A stretch of DNA of 64,000 nt. Source: an uncultured virus (IMG/VR IMGVR_UViG_3300022200_000036). Taxonomy: Duplodnaviria; Heunggongvirae; Uroviricota; Caudoviricetes. Location: IMG/VR virus record IMGVR_UViG_3300022200_000036. The stretch is one strand, 5' to 3'. Of the stretch, positions 56,332 through 64,000 are shown piece by piece. The notes below the pieces were generated by a model. That model was not told the origin of the DNA. It saw only the letters and a program-made list of their open reading frames with translations, and did no database searches. Each line of letters starts with the position of its first letter. Within the stretch, counting starts at the first letter, position 1. A program made the translations under genes and the position numbers.

Positions 56332-58078
56332 AACTCATCTCCTTTTGTAGAGCTTCTAAAGTTCGATACAGATATGGAGTTAGATCCAATCTTGGGTCCG
56401 CAGCCATCGGAAGATCCGGTGCTTGCGGGTGGGGAGTCTGCATCATGCCCCCCACTAACCTGGCGAACTGAGAGTAAGCACCCTGTAATTCGTTCACCAT
56501 CCTGAAAGGGAACCCAGATAACATCTCGGCCCGTTCCTCATCCGTCTTAGACGGGAAGAGGTATTTCAATGCTTCAATGCTATCAACACCTAATTCTTGC
56601 AGATTTCGTACCACGATTGAGTTATTGAGAATATCTTGGGTTGAATCTTCGTAAACAGGACCCATCCAACGCCACAAAATAGTGACATCACCATCTGGAA
56701 TAAGACCAATAACCTTGGGTGGAATTTGTTGTGTCTCCACGCAAGCCATCATCAATCGTTTGAGCATGTCATTGTATTGCTTCATCGCGTCTTCATAGGC
56801 AGCTTCTTCTTCCGGTGAAGCCTCATCTGGTAGATCTACGGGCTTCTCAAGTCCTGCTGCCATTGCAAGTGTAGTCTTGAACAATTGTTCTTCTTGATAA
56901 ATAATTAGTTCAAGACAACGACAGATGCCGTGGGTGTAAATGGCATTTGCTTTTTTCTTCGATGTCGCGGCAACGCGGCCAAAGAGAGATTTGTATTCAG
57001 TTGCGGTAACACCAGCAGAGATGGAAAGCTCATCAACGCCACCAAGAGCAGTGCGAATTTCTTCACGATACTGACGTGCAAAAGCATTTTGGTCGCCAGT
57101 GATGGCGTCTGGAACAATGTAGCCAACACGGTCGTTTGGTTCTAAATTTGCAATGACACGTGGTACACGGATCTGACCGTCCATGCCACGACTGACTGGA
57201 TCAGATTTAAACATCGACCTACTCATCGGTGATGGGCTTGTGAATCCAGAGTTTGCTGCGATTGATGGACGCTGAATTGTGGTGTCACCACCGGCTTCCA
57301 TCAGGTCTGTCTTGGGACGAGAAGACAATAATGTTGGGTTACCAAAGAATGTAATGTTCTTGCGCATGGTGCGCATCAAGTCATCATGCGTGCAGATGTG
57401 ATTAGCAAGGGCATCAAACTCACCAGTACCTTCATTTGAAAACCCTTGAGTATTGTTAATGATCTCAACGCATGGAATAAAACCAAGGCTATTTTTTAAC
57501 TGCTTGGTATTACCCGTAAGCGCATAAGTTGGCATGTCAAAATTTAATTCAGAATCTGAATGCGTCTCTTCGATTTCTTTTGCTTTAATTGCCAAGCGAA
57601 TGTAACGTTTGGCTCCAGGACTATAGCTACTTTGATTGCCTGTAATATTTGTTGTATTAATTTGATCGCCAAAACCATTACCTTTACGCACCTTGTAGCT
57701 ATAGATGATTACAACCTCATCCAGCTCGCCATCAACGTTGTAATAGGCACGATATTCATGATCACGAAAGTAGTAAAGCCTATAGCTTTGTTTCGTGGGA
57801 CGGATGTAAAAAAGACCTTTGCCATCACACAAAAAATACTCCCAGATCGAATCTAGGCGTGTATCCATTTTGTTGTACTTGAGCACACGGTCGATAAAGT
57901 CCTTGCGTTGTGCACCGAAGTTGTCTTGAGATGGAAAGAACTCAACTCCTTGGCGAATGCCAAAAAGTTTCATCTGAGCAATATGCGACGCAACAATGCC
58001 CGTATCGACAACAATATCGCTGTCCTTATCCAGGTAAGCGTTAATAATCTCTTGTAAACGGGCTTTAGCGTCGGCCAT
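55793..58078 (-). CDS. Portal protein with a long C-terminal overlap into the scaffold gene
   Basis: Size and position between terminase and scaffold/capsid; LGFIPCVEI.N...G.GEF; the last ~180 aa are low complexity. Confidence 0.75.
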   Translation of the reverse strand: MADAKARLQEIINAYLDKDSDIVVDTGIVASHIAQMKLFGIRQGVEFFPSQDNFGAQRKDFIDRVLKYNKMDTRLDSIWEYFLCDGKGLFYIRPTKQSYRLYYFRDHEYRAYYNVDGELDEVVIIYSYKVRKGNGFGDQINTTNITGNQSSYSPGAKRYIRLAIKAKEIEETHSDSELNFDMPTYALTGNTKQLKNSLGFIPCVEIINNTQGFSNEGTGEFDALANHICTHDDLMRTMRKNITFFGNPTLLSSRPKTDLMEAGGDTTIQRPSIAANSGFTSPSPMSRSMFKSDPVSRGMDGQIRVPRVIANLEPNDRVGYIVPDAITGDQNAFARQYREEIRTALGGVDELSISAGVTATEYKSLFGRVAATSKKKANAIYTHGICRCLELIIYQEEQLFKTTLAMAAGLEKPVDLPDEASPEEEAAYEDAMKQYNDMLKRLMMACVETQQIPPKVIGLIPDGDVTILWRWMGPVYEDSTQDILNNSIVVRNLQELGVDSIEALKYLFPSKTDEERAEMLSGFPFRMVNELQGAYSQFARLVGGMMQTPHPQAPDLPMAADPRLDLTPYLYRTLEALQKEMSYAGRYRPIDPTDEPSTSGGGSKQLRGSGSSSGTPSSSGQSSPISGGYQLPPSGASGGPQLPISPYSVRPPIPTGGGEQSMGIGVQQGSEPVEQSSSIPVPGSTITDDAVRSSQLRPAVQQPSYATIGSADLVTQPGLLAQLFPNLLSGILSGSSQRAADGSAERNRRLPASKRGKSKRN

Positions 58079-58227
58079 TATCTATTACCTTGTTGTTTAA
58101 ATACTAGCAGGTTTTAAAAAGGACGCTGTTGCATAGGGTAAGTTACAAACTGATTGGGACCTACTTGCATCTGGTCAGCCCCACGCATACGCATACGCTG
58201 TTCCTTTTAACGATCAATCCACTTATT

Positions 58228-58410
58228 CTACTCTTCTATAACTTCGTAACCAGCTGCGTCATTCACCTTGGAAATAACGATGCCAGTACCACGTACATCC
58301 CAATTCAAAACATCGCCTTCTTCCCAGCCAAGCTCTTCGGTTACTTCATCAGGAAAAACAATGTACTGATATCCGTTCTCGTCCTCTTGGACTTCTAAGA
58401 TGTAACTCAT
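58228..58410 (-). CDS. AbrB/MazE-like DNA-binding protein
   Basis: IVFPDEV.EELGW.EGD.L.W.V....I.I.K. Confidence 0.7.
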   Translation of the reverse strand: MSYILEVQEDENGYQYIVFPDEVTEELGWEEGDVLNWDVRGTGIVISKVNDAAGYEVIEE

Positions 58411-58703
58411 TTCGCGTCGAGAAGCTTTTCGACCAGTTTATCAAGCTTAGCGTTGATCTGCGTAAAGTTTTCATGCATCTGTTGAATTTCTCTTAAGAAA
58501 TCAACCTTGAGCACGTATTCAAGCGGCAAACGTTTCAGGTCGTCTTCCAAAACATCAATCCTTCTTTTCTGGGATCCAATGTAATCAAAAGCCCTTATAA
58601 TGCGATCATTTTGTTGGGCCATAATTTTGTTGGCTACCCAGCCACCACCTGTCACAGCGGATACAACAGCTGTTACAGCAATGGCAATATATTCCGGACC
58701 CAC
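58407..58703 (-). CDS. Membrane-anchored coiled-coil protein
   Basis: N-terminal TM segment IAIAVTAVVSAVTGGGW. Confidence 0.65.
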   Translation of the reverse strand: MGPEYIAIAVTAVVSAVTGGGWVANKIMAQQNDRIIRAFDYIGSQKRRIDVLEDDLKRLPLEYVLKVDFLREIQQMHENFTQINAKLDKLVEKLLDAK

Positions 58704-58735
58704 GACCTGAATTGGCTTTTTTCTAATTCTAAAGG

Positions 58736-61273
58736 CTAGTAATCAACCTGTAGTTTTCCTTTGCGCATCAAACCGTTAATGACCCAAACCAAGCTATCGA
58801 CGCAATCGTCGTGACTGCTAATACCAAAGTTCGTCAGCTCTTCGAACATTGCCGTGAAGTTACGGAATCGATTGAAAATTATCTTACGATCTTCAAAAAG
58901 ACCCATGCAACCACGGAAACGCGCAAGTTTATCGGCGCGGAATCCTTTGACTGCGTGCCAATTTAAGTTATAAAGATTTTCATTGTTTAAACAAACACGC
59001 TTGAAGTCTGATTCAAGAGAAGCCTGGTATTGCACAGCTTCTGAATAAATATCGCATGTGGAGTAGGTCGGATAGTAATTTCCGTTTTCGTCACGTCCCA
59101 CGATAGACCAATCATTAAGAAGTTCTTTAAGGGCATCCAGCTTTTCAAGGTTGCCCATGACACGCAACCGGCGGTAATCAATCACGTGAATCTGATCGCC
59201 AATTCGACCGGCAAGCGTCATTACCGTGTAATCATTCTTTTCTTTTGTACCAGCAGATAGGTCGACTCCCACAGCAATCGTATCGAACTCAGTGGCGATC
59301 TCGGCTTTTATAATAAGCTCTGGTGCCAAGGACAGTTCATTCTGTCTGATCACCTGATTCATGTACTGGAACGAGAAGGCAATAGGTGCTTGCCTCTTCT
59401 TTTCTTTCAGGTAATCCAGTGACCACATCTCAGGCCAATACGAGACTTCGTCCCCTGTTTTAGGGTCGTTCAAGATGGCGGACAACACAATTTGAATCCA
59501 GTTGTTTTGTGGGTTGAATGTTGTGGAGTGAATATCGTCATGTCTGAAGCGCGTACCAAGACAGATGGCACGTCCACCCTCAAACATTGTTGGTGCAATC
59601 ACCGCATTCCAGTTCTCCTGCATCTGTTTACGGATGTCAGGGTTAGAAATATCTGCAGCTGACTTGATCGCGTCATCAATTATGCAATTCAAAACATTTA
59701 AACCATTAGCGATAAAGTTGTGGTCTAAATGCTCTACTTCTAGGTCATAGACGAACTCCTCTCTTTCGCTAAGAAACTCAACTCTGGAAACGGGCTCGGG
59801 CGACCAGCCTTGTCCGTTACCTGATGATGCGCCACATGACACTGGCGACATAATGTAATCAAATTTTGCGGGATATTGTTTGTCTTTTTGTGGTCGATAT
59901 GATGTACGCAAAGATTTGTCCTGGACGTTCCGTTGCTTAATAACAACTTCCGCTCCTTTGTATTGCATCCAACGCAAGTAAAATTGTCCCTTTCCAAAAT
60001 CAACGGTCTCATTTCCTGAAAATCGTTGGAACTGCAGCCGTGTTGGTAATTGCTGTTCCCAGTCTTTTTCATTCGCCGTGAATGAAGGTGATTCGCACAC
60101 TCCCGCGAGCAACAAGTTGTTTTGTGACTGACTGGTCGAAATAATGCTTGACAAACTGGACAAGATTTTTCCTGAAGCTTTCGTGATGCTGCTCCAGTAC
60201 ACTGATGGCTGCAACAAATCACTAATGGATTTTTTGAAAGACGTTGGGATAAGCGATTTGAGGTTACGCAAAACTGTTGGCCACACTGCGGACAAGTTGG
60301 CCTTACCTGAAAAGCCTGTGTTGTACGAAAACAAGCCTCGCAGATACGTTGTGTTTTTTTCTTTGGCCCCCCGCAGGAAAGACAGTTCTTTATCTTGTCT
60401 CCTGTTGGATGCTCTGACAAGGACATCCCCTGCACTAAGATCTCCCGCCCTCTTTTGTTTTCCGTCTTGCGTAACGAAAGGGTGCTCGGGAGTTGCTGAA
60501 ATACGATTTCCAGAGGCTGTTGTAATGTCAACAATGCCTTTGGTAAAACGCCTTGTAACTGCCCCCACGTTGCTCCAATCAATTTGATTTGTTTCTGAGT
60601 TTCTAACAGCAATTTGGTATTGGTCTGGATCTTCATAAATAGCTTTAATTGGCACTTGACCAACGTTGGTCGTAACTAGTGTATCACCTGTCAAGCACAA
60701 GTGCGAGCGCTTAGAAGTCACGGAGCCCTTGAGGCCAGCAGCGCAGAGTGTGAATTGTTCTTCACCAGTGGTGTCAATACCTGCAAACCTGTGATCAATA
60801 GACCAATACTCATTGCTGGTAACGTTCTTGAGTAGCCGTACCTTTGGAAAAACTTCTTGGTAGCGCTTGCTTTCAATGATTCGTTTAATCGTTGCAGACT
60901 TAGATCGAGCAATATCGACTGTGTAGGAAAGATAAAGAATTTGTAGCGGCATTTTTGCCATGGTGTGAACACCAATAGCCCATGCCGTAAACAACCCAAG
61001 GACGGTACTTTTGGCGGAGCCCCTCGGCGCCAAGAGATCAACATTTGGACCGGCAATCTTTATCAAACAATTACTATCATTGCCGGTAACAAACTGTCTA
61101 TGCCATTCTTTGTGGTGAGCGGCTGGTGGTTTATCTGCTACATACTCACAAAAGAACCCAAAATCTTCCCGTGCTTTCTCCAGGGATTCAAGATTTCGTG
61201 GAACTCGAATTTGTTGCCTGCGTGCAGCAGCCTGTGCGTTACGTCGGTAAGCAAGGTGTTGATAAGCAGGCAT
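58736..61273 (-). CDS. terL: Terminase large subunit precursor containing an intein (508 aa after splicing)
   Basis: Walker A APRGSAKS; Walker B HL|CIIDD; GTRFRHDD; nuclease GVDLSA...DYT...HDDCVDS. Confidence 0.93.
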   Translation of the reverse strand: MPAYQHLAYRRNAQAAARRQQIRVPRNLESLEKAREDFGFFCEYVADKPPAAHHKEWHRQFVTGNDSNCLIKIAGPNVDLLAPRGSAKSTVLGLFTAWAIGVHTMAKMPLQILYLSYTVDIARSKSATIKRIIESKRYQEVFPKVRLLKNVTSNEYWSIDHRFAGIDTTGEEQFTLCAAGLKGSVTSKRSHLCLTGDTLVTTNVGQVPIKAIYEDPDQYQIAVRNSETNQIDWSNVGAVTRRFTKGIVDITTASGNRISATPEHPFVTQDGKQKRAGDLSAGDVLVRASNRRQDKELSFLRGAKEKNTTYLRGLFSYNTGFSGKANLSAVWPTVLRNLKSLIPTSFKKSISDLLQPSVYWSSITKASGKILSSLSSIISTSQSQNNLLLAGVCESPSFTANEKDWEQQLPTRLQFQRFSGNETVDFGKGQFYLRWMQYKGAEVVIKQRNVQDKSLRTSYRPQKDKQYPAKFDYIMSPVSCGASSGNGQGWSPEPVSRVEFLSEREEFVYDLEVEHLDHNFIANGLNVLNCIIDDAIKSAADISNPDIRKQMQENWNAVIAPTMFEGGRAICLGTRFRHDDIHSTTFNPQNNWIQIVLSAILNDPKTGDEVSYWPEMWSLDYLKEKKRQAPIAFSFQYMNQVIRQNELSLAPELIIKAEIATEFDTIAVGVDLSAGTKEKNDYTVMTLAGRIGDQIHVIDYRRLRVMGNLEKLDALKELLNDWSIVGRDENGNYYPTYSTCDIYSEAVQYQASLESDFKRVCLNNENLYNLNWHAVKGFRADKLARFRGCMGLFEDRKIIFNRFRNFTAMFEELTNFGISSHDDCVDSLVWVINGLMRKGKLQVDY
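59687..60697 (-). mobile_element. Intein, 337 aa (residues 193-529 of TerL)
   Basis: Block A CLTGDTLV; block B TPEHPF; block F VYDLEV..HNFIANG; C-terminal VLN followed by Cys+1. Confidence 0.92.
59740..60426 (-). CDS. Zinc-finger HNH endonuclease in the +1 frame inside the intein
   Basis: 228 aa with several CxxC repeats, then ILERDNFTCVGC...LCVHHIDH.K.NN..QNLITLCRQCH..HH. Confidence 0.85.
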   Translation of the reverse strand: MSLSEHPTGDKIKNCLSCGGPKKKTQRICEACFRTTQAFQVRPTCPQCGQQFCVTSNRLSQRLSKNPLVICCSHQCTGAASRKLQEKSCPVCQALFRPVSHKTTCCSRECANHLHSRRMKKTGNSNYQHGCSSNDFQEMRPLILERDNFTCVGCNTKERKLLLSNGTSRTNLCVHHIDHKKTNNIPQNLITLCRQCHVAHHQVTDKAGRPSPFPELSFLAKERSSSMT

Positions 61274-61303
61274 CTTATGCAGTAATCAGCGTATTACTGA
61301 ATA

Positions 61304-61660
61304 CTACCTTATTTTCCCTCGTTGTTGCCTTTCTTCTTCTGTTCCTTGTACTTGCGAGCTTTCTCCAAAGCGGCCTTCCTCTTCTCGTTGTCCGACATCT
61401 CGCTGCCGTCCTTGTTCTTGGCCTCTTTCTTCTTGAAGTGCTCCAGTAGTTCTGGAGGCATCTTGTTCTTGCTCATTGGCTTTCTTTTCCATTAAGGCAT
61501 TCATCACTTCTTGCCCTTGAGAAACCTTTTGGGCAATTGGTGTTGGACGACGCACACCAGCATGCTGCTCGCGATTCTTCTGTAGTTTACGTACTACATC
61601 AGCCATGCGGCCAGCAATATTTTCACCAAAAACTGGTGGCTGCGGCGATGGTTTTTCCAT
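61304..61660 (-). CDS. Hypothetical protein; its 3' part overlaps the basic ORF
   Basis: 118-aa ORF; contains IAGRM. Confidence 0.5.
   Translation of the reverse strand: MEKPSPQPPVFGENIAGRMADVVRKLQKNREQHAGVRRPTPIAQKVSQGQEVMNALMEKKANEQEQDASRTTGALQEERGQEQGRQRDVGQREEEGRFGESSQVQGTEEERQQRGKIR
61309..61476 (-). CDS. Small basic protein; not in the ORF track
   Basis: MSKNKMPPELLEHFKKKEAKNKDGSEMSDNEKRKAALEKARKYKEQKKKGNNEGK. Confidence 0.55.
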   Translation of the reverse strand: MSKNKMPPELLEHFKKKEAKNKDGSEMSDNEKRKAALEKARKYKEQKKKGNNEGK

Positions 61661-61678
61661 GAAACAAGTCTAAATTAA

Positions 61679-62296
61679 TTATTCTTCAAGTTGCATGTGA
61701 GACCATACACTCATCGAAGCCTCTTCCAGGGGCATTTCAATAGGATCATCCTTAAAGATAGTAAGGAGTTCACGAATAGCGCGATCCGCACCCGCCATTA
61801 ACAGGCCCTTGCGATCTTTATTAGAAGTAAACAGCTCTACTTGTGCAATAGTCCCACGTAATTCTTTTTGCATACCAGCGATACGCGCAACTCCTGCATC
61901 ACGCTTGACAATGCCGTTATCTACGTCTTCACGGAGTTTACGGATATCCTCCTGCATCTCATCGATTTCGTACAAAAGTACTTTCCTGTGATCAGGTTTT
62001 GGATAGTACTTTTGTAGCCAGTAATCACATCCAGCGATACCTCCGTTATATCCAAGAAAACGTGCATATAAATAGCATTCAATCACCGAAAAAGTTTCGG
62101 CGCAAAAAGCTCTGAACGCATTCTCGGTAGGTGAGTCAAGATTATCGACCCATTGGTCGAATACCTCAATATCGATATGCTCTTTGGGATTGCGCGTAAT
62201 CTCGAGCTTCGTCTTCTTGACCGAACTGCTGGGCTTGTGCTGCAGACTTACGCTGTTCTTCACCGGTCTTTCCGATTGAGGCACGTTCTTGCTCAC
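61679..62296 (-). CDS. Terminase small subunit candidate (start uncertain)
   Basis: Helical protein shortly upstream of terL. Confidence 0.5.
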   Translation of the reverse strand: MSKNVPQSERPVKNSVSLQHKPSSSVKKTKLEITRNPKEHIDIEVFDQWVDNLDSPTENAFRAFCAETFSVIECYLYARFLGYNGGIAGCDYWLQKYYPKPDHRKVLLYEIDEMQEDIRKLREDVDNGIVKRDAGVARIAGMQKELRGTIAQVELFTSNKDRKGLLMAGADRAIRELLTIFKDDPIEMPLEEASMSVWSHMQLEE

Positions 62297-62459
62297 CTGC
62301 TTCCTTCATTTTTTCCTTGGACGAACCAACAGATACATCCTGGAAGATTTTAACAGCAGACGCTGCCTTACGTGCTTTGTCCTCATCAAACAAAAGATCG
62401 TAAGGATCAGGGTTTGCTGGGCTTTTACTTTCGTCCCAATAGGCTTCAAAGTCAGCCAT
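62166..62459 (-). CDS. Putative internal virion protein
   Basis: GEQER...GEEQR motifs. Confidence 0.6.
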   Translation of the reverse strand: MADFEAYWDESKSPANPDPYDLLFDEDKARKAASAVKIFQDVSVGSSKEKMKEAGEQERASIGKTGEEQRKSAAQAQQFGQEDEARDYAQSQRAYRY

Positions 62460-62620
62460 TAACGCACTTCCTCTTTGTTATCTGCCTTAAAAACATCTTC
62501 TTCTTTTTGTCCAGAAGAAGATTGTTTATCCTGTTCTAATTTGTTTTTGGCGTAGCGGTAAGCAACGTCAGCAGCCTGGCGGTAACGATTAAGTTCAGAA
62601 ACGGTATCTGTCTCTTTCAT
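62459..62620 (-). CDS. Small hypothetical protein; not in the ORF track
   Basis: MKETDTVSELNRYRQAADVAYRYAKNKLEQ...; stop/start coupled to the next gene. Confidence 0.55.
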   Translation of the reverse strand: MKETDTVSELNRYRQAADVAYRYAKNKLEQDKQSSSGQKEEDVFKADNKEEVR

Positions 62621-62641
62621 TACAACCAGGCTTTATATAGA

Positions 62642-62950
62642 TCAGAAGTTACCCATCATGCTGGCAAGGCCTCCAGCAAAGGTGTCCCGTTGACGTGCAC
62701 GGTTAGCTTGTGCAGCCTGACGCAATTTGGAACCTTCAAGACGGCTGATCAGGGTCTCAAAATCCTGAAGCTCGGCATCAGACATACCACCGCCGTACTT
62801 GCGGGTGGTGATCTCATCTGCCAATGCTTGGGCTTCTGCTTCACTCATGCCCTCGGACATGAGCTGTTCTTTAGTAGCACGGAATTTACTCTGGTCGCCA
62901 GCGCGTTTGCCGCTAGAGACGTTAGTAGTTGCAGCGAGATTGTAAGCCAT
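62642..62950 (-). CDS. Putative internal virion protein; C-terminus paralogous to 24121..24663
   Basis: Shared ~51-aa C-terminus. Confidence 0.75.
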   Translation of the reverse strand: MAYNLAATTNVSSGKRAGDQSKFRATKEQLMSEGMSEAEAQALADEITTRKYGGGMSDAELQDFETLISRLEGSKLRQAAQANRARQRDTFAGGLASMMGNF

Positions 62951-62991
62951 GTTTAAAAGATTAAATCTAAAGTTATTTTAGTATGTTTTAC

Positions 62992-63453
62992 CTAGAAATT
63001 AAACATACTGGTAATGCTGCGCATCATGTCAGCACCACGTTCAATTCTAGTAACGTTTTCCAATCCAGCGTTAACAATTTTTTGTAGATCAATTTTGCCT
63101 TTGGCTTCTGCTTGTACCACAGGAATGCGATTATCAATTTCATACTTAAGACGTTCTGTCTCGGCTGCTTGCCGAACATTTTCCATTGCTTTCTGTGCGT
63201 CCCAGCCGTAGTTAGAGATCTGAGAACGCGTTTGTAGTTCAGCGGCTGTTTGTGCAGCCTCGAACTCAGGAAGAGTGTAACTTGTCGTTGGTGCTGCGTA
63301 CGCTTGCGCTTTAGGCCCAACTGCAACCCCTGCGCCTTGAACCCTATTGATCTCAGCTTGAATTTCGCGCATGCTGCGACCTGCAGCAAGGGCTCGATCA
63401 ATATCAGCTTGGCCAATGCCAGGTGCTGATCCAGGTGTATCTAGCCAGGACAT
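62992..63453 (-). CDS. Putative internal virion protein
   Basis: Ala/Gln-rich; ends SMFNF. Confidence 0.7.
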   Translation of the reverse strand: MSWLDTPGSAPGIGQADIDRALAAGRSMREIQAEINRVQGAGVAVGPKAQAYAAPTTSYTLPEFEAAQTAAELQTRSQISNYGWDAQKAMENVRQAAETERLKYEIDNRIPVVQAEAKGKIDLQKIVNAGLENVTRIERGADMMRSITSMFNF

Positions 63454-63479
63454 ATTAAAACCTTTTTTTATAGTTTAAT

Positions 63480-64000
63480 TTAGCCAAGCATTGCATTAAC
63501 TAGATTCGTGACGTTACCTGGATTAAATTGAAAACGTCCTCTGTCTAGCGTGCCATCAGGCCGTGTTGATATAGGGCCATACGTGCGCTCCCAATCAAGA
63601 TCAGCTTCGCTCCTAACGGCACCAGGATTTGCAGACAGTATACGAGTGTTCAATAAAGATTGAAAAGAGCTGGGATCTTTAGCCCCCATTGCCTTAGCAT
63701 AGCGGGTCGTATCTGCCCACTCAGCATCTGTCATAGGACGGCTTAACAGATCCTGGAAAGAAACCTCAGCAATTGGTTTATATGCCTCATAATTAACATC
63801 AGCTGCACTGTATTTACCAATTAGTGCATCCGGACGAAAGTTTGTATACCCTCTATAACCCGATAAAAAACTAATAGCATCGCTAGGACTCTGCTCGAAG
63901 AGTTCTCTAGCTGTTTTTTTAATCCCTTTGCGCTCCTTACGAGAAAGGCGTGATACCTTTGCAGGGTAATCTTCAAAGATTGAAAGGCTTGTATGGTGGC
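63480..64000 (-). CDS. Partial hypothetical protein (start lies beyond the window)
   Basis: The frame of ORF 63480..63734 stays open to the window end. Confidence 0.65.
   Translation of the reverse strand, partial: HHTSLSIFEDYPAKVSRLSRKERKGIKKTARELFEQSPSDAISFLSGYRGYTNFRPDALIGKYSAADVNYEAYKPIAEVSFQDLLSRPMTDAEWADTTRYAKAMGAKDPSSFQSLLNTRILSANPGAVRSEADLDWERTYGPISTRPDGTLDRGRFQFNPGNVTNLVNAMLG

Noticed and set aside
60144..60587. Plus-strand 147-aa ORF inside the intein as a third coding layer
   Set aside because: No motifs; likely a by-product of stop depletion in the dual-coded region.
1..64000. Alternative genetic code or stop-codon reassignment
   Set aside because: Core genes translate full length with the standard code, all three stops are used, and no suppressor tRNA is seen.

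Overview
A 64-kb segment of a lytic dsDNA tailed phage, almost certainly a cyanophage. It carries NblA-like, CP12-like, DUF4278, Dps and NtcA-box signals; gene content and order recall the freshwater S-EIV1-like lineage, which is my inference and not a database result. The left half (mostly + strand) encodes early and replication functions: tRNA-Leu(UAA), an NrdR-like Zn ribbon, ThyX, T7-like PolA, a tandem-OB SSB, Gp157, a PD-(D/E)xK nuclease, a primase-SF3 helicase and a GT4. It also holds a minus-strand sugar-modification operon and a ~600-bp non-coding RNA island ending in tRNA-Pro(UGG). The right half (mostly - strand) encodes lysis, tail, internal virion, capsid, scaffold, portal and terminase genes. 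Most notable: (1) a terminase intein whose HNH endonuclease is encoded in an overlapping +1 frame that exactly fills the intein linker; (2) a group I intron in the major capsid gene with a LAGLIDADG gene on the antisense strand; (3) three copies of a 27-nt covarying pseudoknot motif 20-22 nt upstream of ssb and two other early genes; (4) several candidate structured ncRNAs; (5) a circularly permuted M23 peptidase sharing a C-terminal tag with a lysozyme; (6) a 68-bp-arm inverted repeat that may be the origin. All family calls come from motif recognition by eye, with no database searches.
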